Shown: piece after piece, positions 56,221 through 64,000 of the stretch
Layout: the number at the start of each line of letters is the position of its first letter
Position numbering within the stretch: the first letter of the stretch is position 1
IMG/VR virus record: IMGVR_UViG_3300030330_001955
Coordinates: 38,911 to 102,910 of that record
Source: a virus
Taxonomy: Duplodnaviria; Caudoviricetes
Strand: one strand, 5' to 3'
DNA length: 64,000 bases
Position numbers and translations under genes: made by a program
Notes under the pieces: generated by a model
Told to the model about the DNA's origin: nothing
The model's input: the letters and a program-made list of their open reading frames with translations, nothing else
Databases searched by the model: none

Positions 56221-57571
56221 CTACACTTTCTCCACTTGTCATTTGGTCTCTCAAATCAGCTTTCTGGTCGGGGTCTAGTGCTGAGTTCGGGCCAATCTTC
56301 AAAGTCTCCCAGTCAATCTCTGACACGAAACCTTGCATTTCTCCACTTCTCATTTTATTACATTTGAACTTAATACAGTTTTCTTCTTTACCCCAATGTT
56401 CAAGTGTAAAGGAGGCATCTACTGCGTCTTCGATACCTTTTGAGAACCTTACTTCTCCCTTTGGATTTGTTTGAATGGCAGAAACCACTAGCACTTCTTG
56501 GTCTTGTGCTAGTGCTTTCAAACCTTTCGATATTTCTATCTGCTCCGCCCATTCATATTGGCTAGAGCGACTTGGTGCATTGTGGCGCTTCACTTGGTTA
56601 AGGTAGTCCACAACAACAAGACCTAAGTCTGGATACTCTAATTTTTTCTGGCGAACTGTACTTATGACTTTTGCTAGTGTTAAGCTTGGGTCATAGAACA
56701 CATCTAACTGAGCAGTCTTAATGGGTTTACAGTTCCTAGTTAACTCATAGTGAAACTTATCGAAATCGCTTTCGAGATTATAGTTTTTAACTATGTCCAG
56801 TCCACCTTCAAATCTACTAGCCCACCATTCGCCAATACGATTCCACTCCTTTTCATAAAGGTTTCGTTTAATCAATCGACCTAGGGGTACTCCAGTTGAC
56901 ATGGCAGCCATTCTTTGCAGAATAGACCTTGAATCCATTTCAATAGTAAAGTAGAGTGCAGAACGGCCTCGTTGTACTGCGTTTACTGCTATATTACAAC
57001 AGGTAAACGACTTACCGTGACCTCGTTGGGCTCCCACAATGACCAAGTCTTTGGGAGAGAATGTATAGCCTATATCATAGTCTTGGTTTAGACCAAGAGG
57101 TAGATACTTAGCTAAATCTTCTTCAGAATCAAAGAGTTCAATAGTTTCCATTGTTTCGTTATCATCGGAAGTATTGACTCTATCCTGAACTTGTACAACT
57201 ATCTCTTGGAGATAGTCAATGTTTTCTTTCGCATCTGCGATAGATATTGTCGTATCGACATATTGTTCAATCTTGGAGAGAATCTCGTTTTGAGTGAATG
57301 AATCTTTGAGATATTCTAGTAATTCATACGCAGAAACATCTGTTTCGACAGTTTCGATTGCATAAATTTTTTCTTGAAGTTCACGGGAGCGAACTTCGTA
57401 CTTTAAATCCTCAAAAGTAGGAAGCGCATGAAACTTGTGGACGTGCTTATCTATTAAGCTCCACAGCTTTTGGTATTCTCCGTCAGGAAGATAGTGTTGT
57501 TGGAGTGAGTTCCAAGTTGTAAAATCTCCGCCCGAAAGAATTTGTTTCAATAACGCACTTTCTACAGTCAT
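56210..57571 (-). CDS. dnaB: Replicative DnaB-like helicase
   Basis: AQRGHGKS, FTIEM, VVDYLNQ, KMRSG. Confidence 0.92.
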   Translation of the reverse strand: MTVESALLKQILSGGDFTTWNSLQQHYLPDGEYQKLWSLIDKHVHKFHALPTFEDLKYEVRSRELQEKIYAIETVETDVSAYELLEYLKDSFTQNEILSKIEQYVDTTISIADAKENIDYLQEIVVQVQDRVNTSDDNETMETIELFDSEEDLAKYLPLGLNQDYDIGYTFSPKDLVIVGAQRGHGKSFTCCNIAVNAVQRGRSALYFTIEMDSRSILQRMAAMSTGVPLGRLIKRNLYEKEWNRIGEWWASRFEGGLDIVKNYNLESDFDKFHYELTRNCKPIKTAQLDVFYDPSLTLAKVISTVRQKKLEYPDLGLVVVDYLNQVKRHNAPSRSSQYEWAEQIEISKGLKALAQDQEVLVVSAIQTNPKGEVRFSKGIEDAVDASFTLEHWGKEENCIKFKCNKMRSGEMQGFVSEIDWETLKIGPNSALDPDQKADLRDQMTSGESVDDL

Positions 57572-57582
57572 TCATCTCTCCC

Positions 57583-57614
57583 AAGAATAGGCGACAAAGT
57601 TTCCCTTGTCGCCT
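57583..57614 (-). terminator. Hairpin / terminator after D5-like gene
   Basis: Minus strand AGGCGACAAGG-GAAA-CTTTGTCGCCT followed by ATTCTT. Confidence 0.7.
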
Positions 57615-57633
57615 TCTTGACATTAGAAAGTAA

Positions 57634-58356
57634 TTAAGATTGAACTCTTTCTTTTCTAGCTGAACCGTCATAGTCGGCACAAACTAAGCCCCTTCTTGTA
57701 AGCATAGTTTTGACACCTCTAACAGTTTTGCCGATTTCATCAGCAATCTGCTCGACAGTCATGTCGTCAATGTCTAAATCAGCAAGAGGGTCTGCTTTAC
57801 CAGAACCTTTTGTTACTTCTTGCTTAGGTATAGCATTGATTTCTCCTGCTCTAAGCAAAGATAAAGCTTTACCTCTGATAGAGTTTACACTCTTACCAAG
57901 AGATTCTGCGATTTGCTCGATGAAAGCACCATCATTGACCATGCCAATAAATGTAGCTTCTTCGTCCTCAGAGTAAGTCTTAACAGACTCAACTTTAGGA
58001 GCAGGTGCAACGTGTTCTGTAAGTTGCATAGAAAGGATTTTTCCTTGAATTGATTTTGCTGAGAAAGCTCCACCTTCGAAGTTTTCAGCAATCTGAGCAT
58101 ATGTGTAAGAACCAGAATTATCTGTTACAAATGCTTGAAGTGTTGCTTCTTGCTCATCACTAAAAGATTTAGTGTTGCTTGAAGAAGCTAGCTCTACATC
58201 ATAACCCATTTTTCTTAGCTTTGAACTAACACTTCTTACAGAAGTTTCTAGTTCTTCTGCAGCGCTAGCTACAGTAGCTTGAGAAACAGGGCTTTCGTCA
58301 CCGACAAAAGATTCTAGAGCAGAAGTTCTTTCGTCTGTCCATTTTGGTAATGCCAT
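57634..58356 (-). CDS. DNA-binding protein with repeated HTH (T5 D5-like)
   Basis: RSVSSKLRK.G, KSIQGK.LS, NSIRGKALS, RGVKTMLTRRG; synteny between ligase and helicase. Confidence 0.85.
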   Translation of the reverse strand: MALPKWTDERTSALESFVGDESPVSQATVASAAEELETSVRSVSSKLRKMGYDVELASSSNTKSFSDEQEATLQAFVTDNSGSYTYAQIAENFEGGAFSAKSIQGKILSMQLTEHVAPAPKVESVKTYSEDEEATFIGMVNDGAFIEQIAESLGKSVNSIRGKALSLLRAGEINAIPKQEVTKGSGKADPLADLDIDDMTVEQIADEIGKTVRGVKTMLTRRGLVCADYDGSARKERVQS

Positions 58357-58358
58357 TT

Positions 58359-59117
58359 TTAATTTTCCTCAATTAAATGTTTTATATTAGTTACTATTGT
58401 GACACCTCTATCACGAGCTGTCTGTGTTTTGGTTGACTCAATTCCCGACTCATTTATTAGATGAGTGCAGTCCTTTGTCAAACTAGATTTCACGGCATAG
58501 CCGTGTTGTTCCAGAACTTCCGTTGCTGCAGCTTTCGTAGGATACGAACTGAGTCTCCCACTTATACAGACAGTTCCTACTGTTTCCCTTTTCTCGACTT
58601 TCTTAGTCTTGAATGAAAATGGTAATAACGCATCGTAACCGTTTGCATAAAACTCGGTATCTAACCAGTTAAGTAGGTTAGCGGTTGCTTTCGGGCCAAT
58701 ACCCGCCTCAGTACAACTTGCCTCGTTAATATCTTCGATATGAGATATTTTATCGCATAATTTTTGGGAAGCTGACCGACCAAAAAGCGGTATCGAGAAA
58801 GCTGGCAGTAATGTTTGTAAATCGACTGATTTTGACTTCTCAATTTCGTCATACAACTTACTTGCCAGTTTCTCAGAACCTAGTTTTGAGGAAATATCCT
58901 CTGATGAAAGCTCGTATAGCTCTGGATAATCATCGACCTCTAACTTCCGTATGGTAGCAGGGCCGAATCCTTTGATTTTTAATAAAGAACCGAAATGTTC
59001 TAACTTCTTACCCCATTGTGCTGGGCACATCTTGTTATAACAGTAGAGTATGTCGTTAACAAACTCCAAACTACTATCGCAAGATGGACAGGTTGTTGGG
59101 GCAAAAATTTGTTGCAT
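58359..59117 (-). CDS. NAD-dependent DNA ligase, C-terminal subunit (Zn finger-HhH-BRCT)
   Basis: CPSC..C.N..C, IKGFG, GIGPK, BRCT VCISG; no adenylation domain. Confidence 0.9.
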   Translation of the reverse strand: MQQIFAPTTCPSCDSSLEFVNDILYCYNKMCPAQWGKKLEHFGSLLKIKGFGPATIRKLEVDDYPELYELSSEDISSKLGSEKLASKLYDEIEKSKSVDLQTLLPAFSIPLFGRSASQKLCDKISHIEDINEASCTEAGIGPKATANLLNWLDTEFYANGYDALLPFSFKTKKVEKRETVGTVCISGRLSSYPTKAAATEVLEQHGYAVKSSLTKDCTHLINESGIESTKTQTARDRGVTIVTNIKHLIEEN

Positions 59118-59152
59118 AGATATTCTTTCCTTTCTTTATTTTATATTTTTAT

Positions 59153-59181
59153 ATTATAGATGAAATTTAACCTTTTGTCAA
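59153..59181 (-). promoter_or_regulatory. Consensus sigma70 promoter for ligase B / D5
   Basis: AAAAAATAGTTC-TTGACA-17 nt-TATAAT. Confidence 0.85.
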
Positions 59182-59333
59182 GAACTATTTTTTGTGTCCT
59201 GACTTTCTTCTTCAGGTTCAAAAATTTCATCACCCTCATACACATAGGTATCAGGGGTGTAGTTTTTGCGTAGTTGCCTTTCAAACCACCACGCCCTAAT
59301 CTTCTTGATTATTTTGTGTAAGAAACCTACCAT
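59178..59333 (-). CDS. 51-aa hypothetical protein (not in ORF track)
   Basis: MVGFLHKIIKKIRAWWFERQLRK...NSS; its TGA lies within the TTGACA box. Confidence 0.5.
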   Translation of the reverse strand: MVGFLHKIIKKIRAWWFERQLRKNYTPDTYVYEGDEIFEPEEESQDTKNSS

Positions 59334-60195
59334 ATTTTATATCCTCATTGATTTTATCAGCCATGAGTCTGTGCCCGTCTTTTAGTGGGTGACCTTTTGG
59401 GCCAAACTGACAATTATTATTTTTTGCTATTTCATAGAAGCCATCAGACTCTAGGAAAGGTAATTCTTTTATGATTTGTTCTTTATTCAAATCTAAAGAC
59501 TCCCATATTACATTTGTACCTTCCCATGTAGGCTCATCTAATAAATACAAGAGAGGTTGTATATTTCCACTCGACATCAAGTAGTGTAAGCTATTAACAT
59601 TATGTGCCTGTAAAAGATACTTTGTTGCTAGCATACAATTTATTGTCTCTCGTAAACACCAATATAGATTTCTTATTGTTAAGAAATTCATACCAATTGT
59701 TTTTAAATCAAGAGGCTCTACTGGACTCCACATAGGTTCTGAATCCTTAGTAGGGTATAAGTCATCATCAAAATCGAATGACCTCCAGTTGCCTCCTCTC
59801 CAAGTATATGGAATCTCAAAATCTGCCAGCTTTTTAGCTTTAGCTGCGCGACTCAAGTGTTCCACTCTCGTTGGACTTGTCCACATAATTACTACCAATT
59901 CTGGTTTACCTGTTCCTGTGGGGAGTCTAGTCCATTGTTTGGTCATCACAAATTTAGATATGTTTGATTTTATCTCCCTTGCTTCCCAATCTTTTAATCG
60001 TTGCGTATATAGTTGTTTGCCGAGTAATGCGTTCAAACATATACGCTGTATTCCTTGATTACAACCACCAACTTTAGCTTCATTCCAATCTAATAAGCCA
60101 TTTTCTTTTGCTACTAAATTTGAAAATCTGTTTACTCGGGGGTCTACTTCGTGTCCGACTGCATAACTGCAGCCAAGTGTTAATAAATTACTCAT
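59296..60195 (-). CDS. SGNH/GDSL-like hydrolase or acyltransferase
   Basis: GCSY..G, N.A..G..N, C-terminal GHP...GH..MA. Confidence 0.7.
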   Translation of the reverse strand: MSNLLTLGCSYAVGHEVDPRVNRFSNLVAKENGLLDWNEAKVGGCNQGIQRICLNALLGKQLYTQRLKDWEAREIKSNISKFVMTKQWTRLPTGTGKPELVVIMWTSPTRVEHLSRAAKAKKLADFEIPYTWRGGNWRSFDFDDDLYPTKDSEPMWSPVEPLDLKTIGMNFLTIRNLYWCLRETINCMLATKYLLQAHNVNSLHYLMSSGNIQPLLYLLDEPTWEGTNVIWESLDLNKEQIIKELPFLESDGFYEIAKNNNCQFGPKGHPLKDGHRLMADKINEDIKYGRFLTQNNQED

Positions 60196-60635
60196 GGGGT
60201 ATATGCTTTTCCTCTGTCCTCTATTAGTCTGCCATTTAAATGGTCTAGTTCATGTTGAACTACAAATGCATCAAAGTCTTTAAACTGCCTTTCTTTTACT
60301 AAAACTTCTTTGCCTTCTCGTAAAGTAGTGTAAGTTAAATGTATCTTTTGTGCTCTTGGTACTCTTACATTTACATTAGGACAACTTAAACAACCCTCCC
60401 AGTTCTTCTTTTTATAACTACTAAGATATGTAATCTTAGGGTTTACAAAAAGTTCTTCTGGGTCTCCTGCTAAGAATACTCTTACGGGTACTCCTATCTG
60501 TATTGCTGATATACCTATTCCATTAGCTTCTTTCATAGCGTCATACATCTTTTCAACTAACGTTGCTAGTTCTTCATGAGTACCTGTCCATTCTTTTGAC
60601 ATCTGTCTTAAAATTTTCTTATCTGTTACTATCAA
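60192..60635 (-). CDS. def: Peptide deformylase
   Basis: GIGISAIQIG, EGCLS, QHELDH. Confidence 0.95.
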   Translation of the reverse strand: MIVTDKKILRQMSKEWTGTHEELATLVEKMYDAMKEANGIGISAIQIGVPVRVFLAGDPEELFVNPKITYLSSYKKKNWEGCLSCPNVNVRVPRAQKIHLTYTTLREGKEVLVKERQFKDFDAFVVQHELDHLNGRLIEDRGKAYTP

Positions 60636-62002
60636 AATACTCGTACTCCATATTTTTTCTCAAACTCAAGTGCGTGTTCCCAAGTGTCTACCATAGGTTC
60701 GCCCTTAATATTTAAGGAGGTGTTCAATAACATTGGCACACCTGTTCTACTAAAAAATTCTTCTAAAATCAATCGTAGTCTACAATCATCATTAGGATAT
60801 ACTAACTGTACTCGTGAACTTCCATCTACATGAGTAACACTTTTATAATCATGTTTTGCCCAAGATACAAACTGCATATATTCATTTGCAAATCCTTCAA
60901 AGTATTCATCATAGTACTCTGCTAATATTGCTGGAGCAAACGGTCTAAACTTTTGTCTACGCTTTATCTTATTTACTGTATTCTTTATATTGTATCTAGG
61001 GTCGCCTAGTAAAGAACGATTACCTAAAGCTCTTGGGCCAAACTCTGCCCTACCATTTGCTACGCCTACTACTTTATGTTTTAGTAAGTGGTCTACTACT
61101 TCTCTAGGGTTTAGGCGTCTATCAATCATAGTGCCTAGAAAAGTATCTTTAAATTCTACTTGTCTTTTATTGTGTGCTAGTGCACAACCTAAACTTGCTC
61201 CTGCATCGCCAGGGTTTGGGAATATCCAAACTCTATCAAACATATGTGCAAACTTACTATTTGCAACACAATTTAGAGCAACCCCACCTGCGTAACACAA
61301 GTTCTTTCCGTAAGTGGAAGCTATAGCCATAATCTTTATAATCTCTGTTTCTAAGTGCATTTGTGCACTTGCCGCTATATCTTCAGGTGTTTCTCCTTTA
61401 AATGCTTCAAGTGTAAATCCTTTATGTAAATTTACATCATCATTGAAGCACCATAGCATATCTACACAGGGTTCACCATATGCAGCCATTCCCATAGTTA
61501 TATATTCATCACAATTTGGTTGCAAACCAACTCGTTTTGTTATTGCTGAGTAGAACAAGCCTAGGCTAAATGGATATTTTTTGCTCCAGACTTTTTCCAA
61601 AATTCCATCATTTACTCTCCAAATACTGCAAGTATCCCATTCTCCAATCGCATCAATCACGACACAAACGACATCTTCGGAAAAAGGCGCTGTGTAATAG
61701 GCTGAAGCTGCATGGCTTTCGTGGTGTTTTCGCATGTATGAATATTGGTGTAAATATTTTGTCTGAGCAGGGGGTTGTGAGAAGCTGATACGTCTGTCGT
61801 TCTTTTTGTATATATTCTCATAAAAAACGTGCACATCTGCGTCTATAGTAAGAGGAATAAATCCTAACTCAGCATCAAACTTTTTTCTACTTACGCGCTC
61901 GGTTTCTTGTGCAAAAAGTATTCTATCGCCTTGTACTTTTGCCCAAGCCGCATTGTGAAATCCATGACTGAATCCTGCTACTATCTGTTCCCTTTTCTCC
62001 AT
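60632..62002 (-). CDS. Carbamoyltransferase (NodU/CmcH family)
   Basis: HH.SHAASA, DAIGE, GGVALNC, EFGPRALGNRS, RPFAP, LNTSLN. Confidence 0.93.
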   Translation of the reverse strand: MEKREQIVAGFSHGFHNAAWAKVQGDRILFAQETERVSRKKFDAELGFIPLTIDADVHVFYENIYKKNDRRISFSQPPAQTKYLHQYSYMRKHHESHAASAYYTAPFSEDVVCVVIDAIGEWDTCSIWRVNDGILEKVWSKKYPFSLGLFYSAITKRVGLQPNCDEYITMGMAAYGEPCVDMLWCFNDDVNLHKGFTLEAFKGETPEDIAASAQMHLETEIIKIMAIASTYGKNLCYAGGVALNCVANSKFAHMFDRVWIFPNPGDAGASLGCALAHNKRQVEFKDTFLGTMIDRRLNPREVVDHLLKHKVVGVANGRAEFGPRALGNRSLLGDPRYNIKNTVNKIKRRQKFRPFAPAILAEYYDEYFEGFANEYMQFVSWAKHDYKSVTHVDGSSRVQLVYPNDDCRLRLILEEFFSRTGVPMLLNTSLNIKGEPMVDTWEHALEFEKKYGVRVF

Positions 62003-62532
62003 GCTGTTAAACTATATCTCACTCCTTTGTGTACAGGGTGTGCTTTGTGAAGTTCGTGTCCACAAAATATGACAGCTGTACCTCTATCTATTCTAACTGT
62101 TCTGCCTCCCCAGCTTTCTAATTCGAACTCACCACCTTCGTACTCAGTATTTAATCCTATACTTACTGATACCCTATTCGCGGGCTCTTTATCAAATATA
62201 CGCTGTAGTGTTTCGTTTTCATCTTTATGCCAGCTTACTTCTAAGTCATTCTCATACTTATTTACAAAGTATGTAAACTCATCTATTAAATCAAACTGAT
62301 AAGTCTTTTTATTATACTCATTAGTAAGGTCTAGCAATCTTTCTTTAAATCTTATTTCTTGTAAATCTTTACTAAATCTTTTAATATGTAAACTTCTATC
62401 TCCTATAATGTGAGAAAAAGCGTCCAGTTTAAAAGAGTCCTGGCATAAGTCTATAACTTCTTCACATTCTTGTTGTGTAAAAAAGTTTCGTTGTACTCCA
62501 ACCCAACTATACCCGTTCTTTCTTAGTATCAT
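61981..62532 (-). CDS. 2OG-Fe(II) oxygenase (P4H-like)
   Basis: WHKD, YEGGEF, LHKAHPVHKGVRYSL. Confidence 0.85.
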   Translation of the reverse strand: MILRKNGYSWVGVQRNFFTQQECEEVIDLCQDSFKLDAFSHIIGDRSLHIKRFSKDLQEIRFKERLLDLTNEYNKKTYQFDLIDEFTYFVNKYENDLEVSWHKDENETLQRIFDKEPANRVSVSIGLNTEYEGGEFELESWGGRTVRIDRGTAVIFCGHELHKAHPVHKGVRYSLTAWRKGNR

Positions 62533-62649
62533 CTAATAACCAGTCCGTATAGCGATAGTATTTCTTTCTTTCGCTACACCAAAACCAACCTTTGTGTGGT
62601 TGGGGCTCGTTTGACTCCACAAATAAATGTGAAGGATATTTCTCTTGTT

Positions 62650-63180
62650 TCAATGTAATAACCTCTCTATGTCTTTCATTAGTTCTTTGTCCGCTTGGAC
62701 TTGATTGTAATTCTCAGGGTGTTGTAATGTTATATCTGTTATCTCTGGGTTTTTTATTATGTGATGTACCCACTTTGCGGCGTCTTCATAAGAAATACTA
62801 CTTACATACTCATGGTTTAGTAACCCAAAGTTAATCGTTTGTATATTACATCTTATGTCAGAATTAAACTTATAGTTATCTGCTAAATGATTGAGTGCCG
62901 CTTTTTGAGAGGCGTATAACTTACCTGGCGAGATATTAGGTCTCGCTGCCCTTGATGATATATTTACTATTGTAAAGTTTTCGTCTCGTCCTCGTTCTTT
63001 TACTGCTGTTTCTAGTAATTTTATTTGCTCAAAATCTACATGAGCACAGTTTATAAATATATCGTACTTATGCCACTCAATAGGAGTTTCTACTCGCACA
63101 GAGTCGACCATAATATCACTATCAGCAAAAATTATACTCTTTGCTAGTTTAGTGCTTCCTGTTATAACTGCTTTCTTCAT
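62650..63180 (-). CDS. Short SDR-like protein
   Basis: VITG, FINCA, NISS, YASQK. Confidence 0.75.
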   Translation of the reverse strand: MKKAVITGSTKLAKSIIFADSDIMVDSVRVETPIEWHKYDIFINCAHVDFEQIKLLETAVKERGRDENFTIVNISSRAARPNISPGKLYASQKAALNHLADNYKFNSDIRCNIQTINFGLLNHEYVSSISYEDAAKWVHHIIKNPEITDITLQHPENYNQVQADKELMKDIERLLH

Positions 63181-64000
63181 AATGCTTCTTTTATTAAATC
63201 AAATGATGGTTTTCCAAATAGTGAACCATCTACACTACATTTATTACAAGGAGACATTGTTCTATCTCCTTTTATTAACTTTCTTCTAATTTTATTCATT
63301 GGTTTACTAAACCAAACGTCCATTACTGAAGATTGTAATAGATTCCCAACGACATGCTCTCTTCCCCAGTCGTTGGAACAGAATAGAACATCACCATTCC
63401 AATCAACAAACATTTTATAAAAAGGGTAATGACACGGCTTACCTTGTAACGCCTTGACATCTCCTTCTTCGACTCCAATCCAATCAATTACTCCACTCCT
63501 ATTATTAAGTATAAGTCCGTGGTCAGCTGTTGCCCAATGAACTCTATATCTATACTGGTTAGTTCTTGTTTCTGCAAATAACTTATCAAAATGTTCTGCT
63601 TGCTCTGCTCCATCATATAAGTTAACATACAGTAAGTCTAATCCTGCCTTGAATAACTTTGTAATATAGTCCTTTGTTAATCTGTCTCCGTTTGTATTAC
63701 ACTCCAGAGTTGCAGTTGGAAGGTAGAATCTAAACTCTCTTACTATCTCTACAAAGTTAGGATTCAGTAAGTTTTCACCAAATCCACTAAAAGATATTTT
63801 TCCATTGTACTGTGCTTCTCCTAAATGTTCTGCTATTGTATTAGCACCCTTTACTGTCATGTGTAGGTTTCTATTAGGAAAGACCTCTGGGTTATGTCTA
63901 GGGCAGAATACACAACTTCTATTACATAATTCAGTAGTATTTACTTCTACTGTTAATATGGAATCTAGTATTCCGCTTACATTACCTTTTCTTCGCCAAT
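63177..64000 (-). CDS. Radical SAM protein with SPASM/twitch domain, 5' truncated
   Basis: Frame extends past the track ATG to the window edge and contains CNRSCVFC; C-terminal CHYPF...FC.NDW...CNKC. Confidence 0.9.
   Translation of the reverse strand, partial: WRRKGNVSGILDSILTVEVNTTELCNRSCVFCPRHNPEVFPNRNLHMTVKGANTIAEHLGEAQYNGKISFSGFGENLLNPNFVEIVREFRFYLPTATLECNTNGDRLTKDYITKLFKAGLDLLYVNLYDGAEQAEHFDKLFAETRTNQYRYRVHWATADHGLILNNRSGVIDWIGVEEGDVKALQGKPCHYPFYKMFVDWNGDVLFCSNDWGREHVVGNLLQSSVMDVWFSKPMNKIRRKLIKGDRTMSPCNKCSVDGSLFGKPSFDLIKEAL

Noticed and set aside
1-64000. tRNA/ncRNA genes, introns, inteins or stop-codon recoding
   Set aside because: Intergenic gaps are tiny with no cloverleaf seen; polymerase, RNR and helicase are of normal length; all three stops terminate intact genes.

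Overview
64 kb of an AT-rich, lytic, T5-like (Demerecviridae-like) siphophage genome; the accessory gene set suggests a marine host (inference). Left arm (+ strand, 1-32.5 kb) is the virion module: portal, a fused prohead protease-scaffold-HK97 major capsid gene, T5-type neck and tail tube, a frameshifted tail chaperone pair, tape measure and a lambda-type tail tip (M, L, K, I, J). A separately promoted fibre operon follows, ending in an 849-aa Thr-rich protein whose repeat blocks are mirror-symmetric about its centre (predicted giant beta-hairpin needle), directly followed by up to four glycosyltransferase-like genes. Right arm (- strand, 32.6-64 kb) is the T5-syntenic replication module (nrdAB, D15, D14, D13, D12, D11, D10, DNA polymerase, primase, helicase, D5, ligase B subunit), interrupted by islands of tailoring enzymes (AsnB-like, QueC-like, 2OG-Fe(II) oxygenases, SDRs, carbamoyltransferase, radical SAM, SGNH) plus AhpC, glutaredoxin and peptide deformylase. 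Best candidate novel system: a phage-encoded mucin-like hairpin fibre with its own glycosylation machinery. All calls come from motif recognition and synteny by eye; no searches were run.
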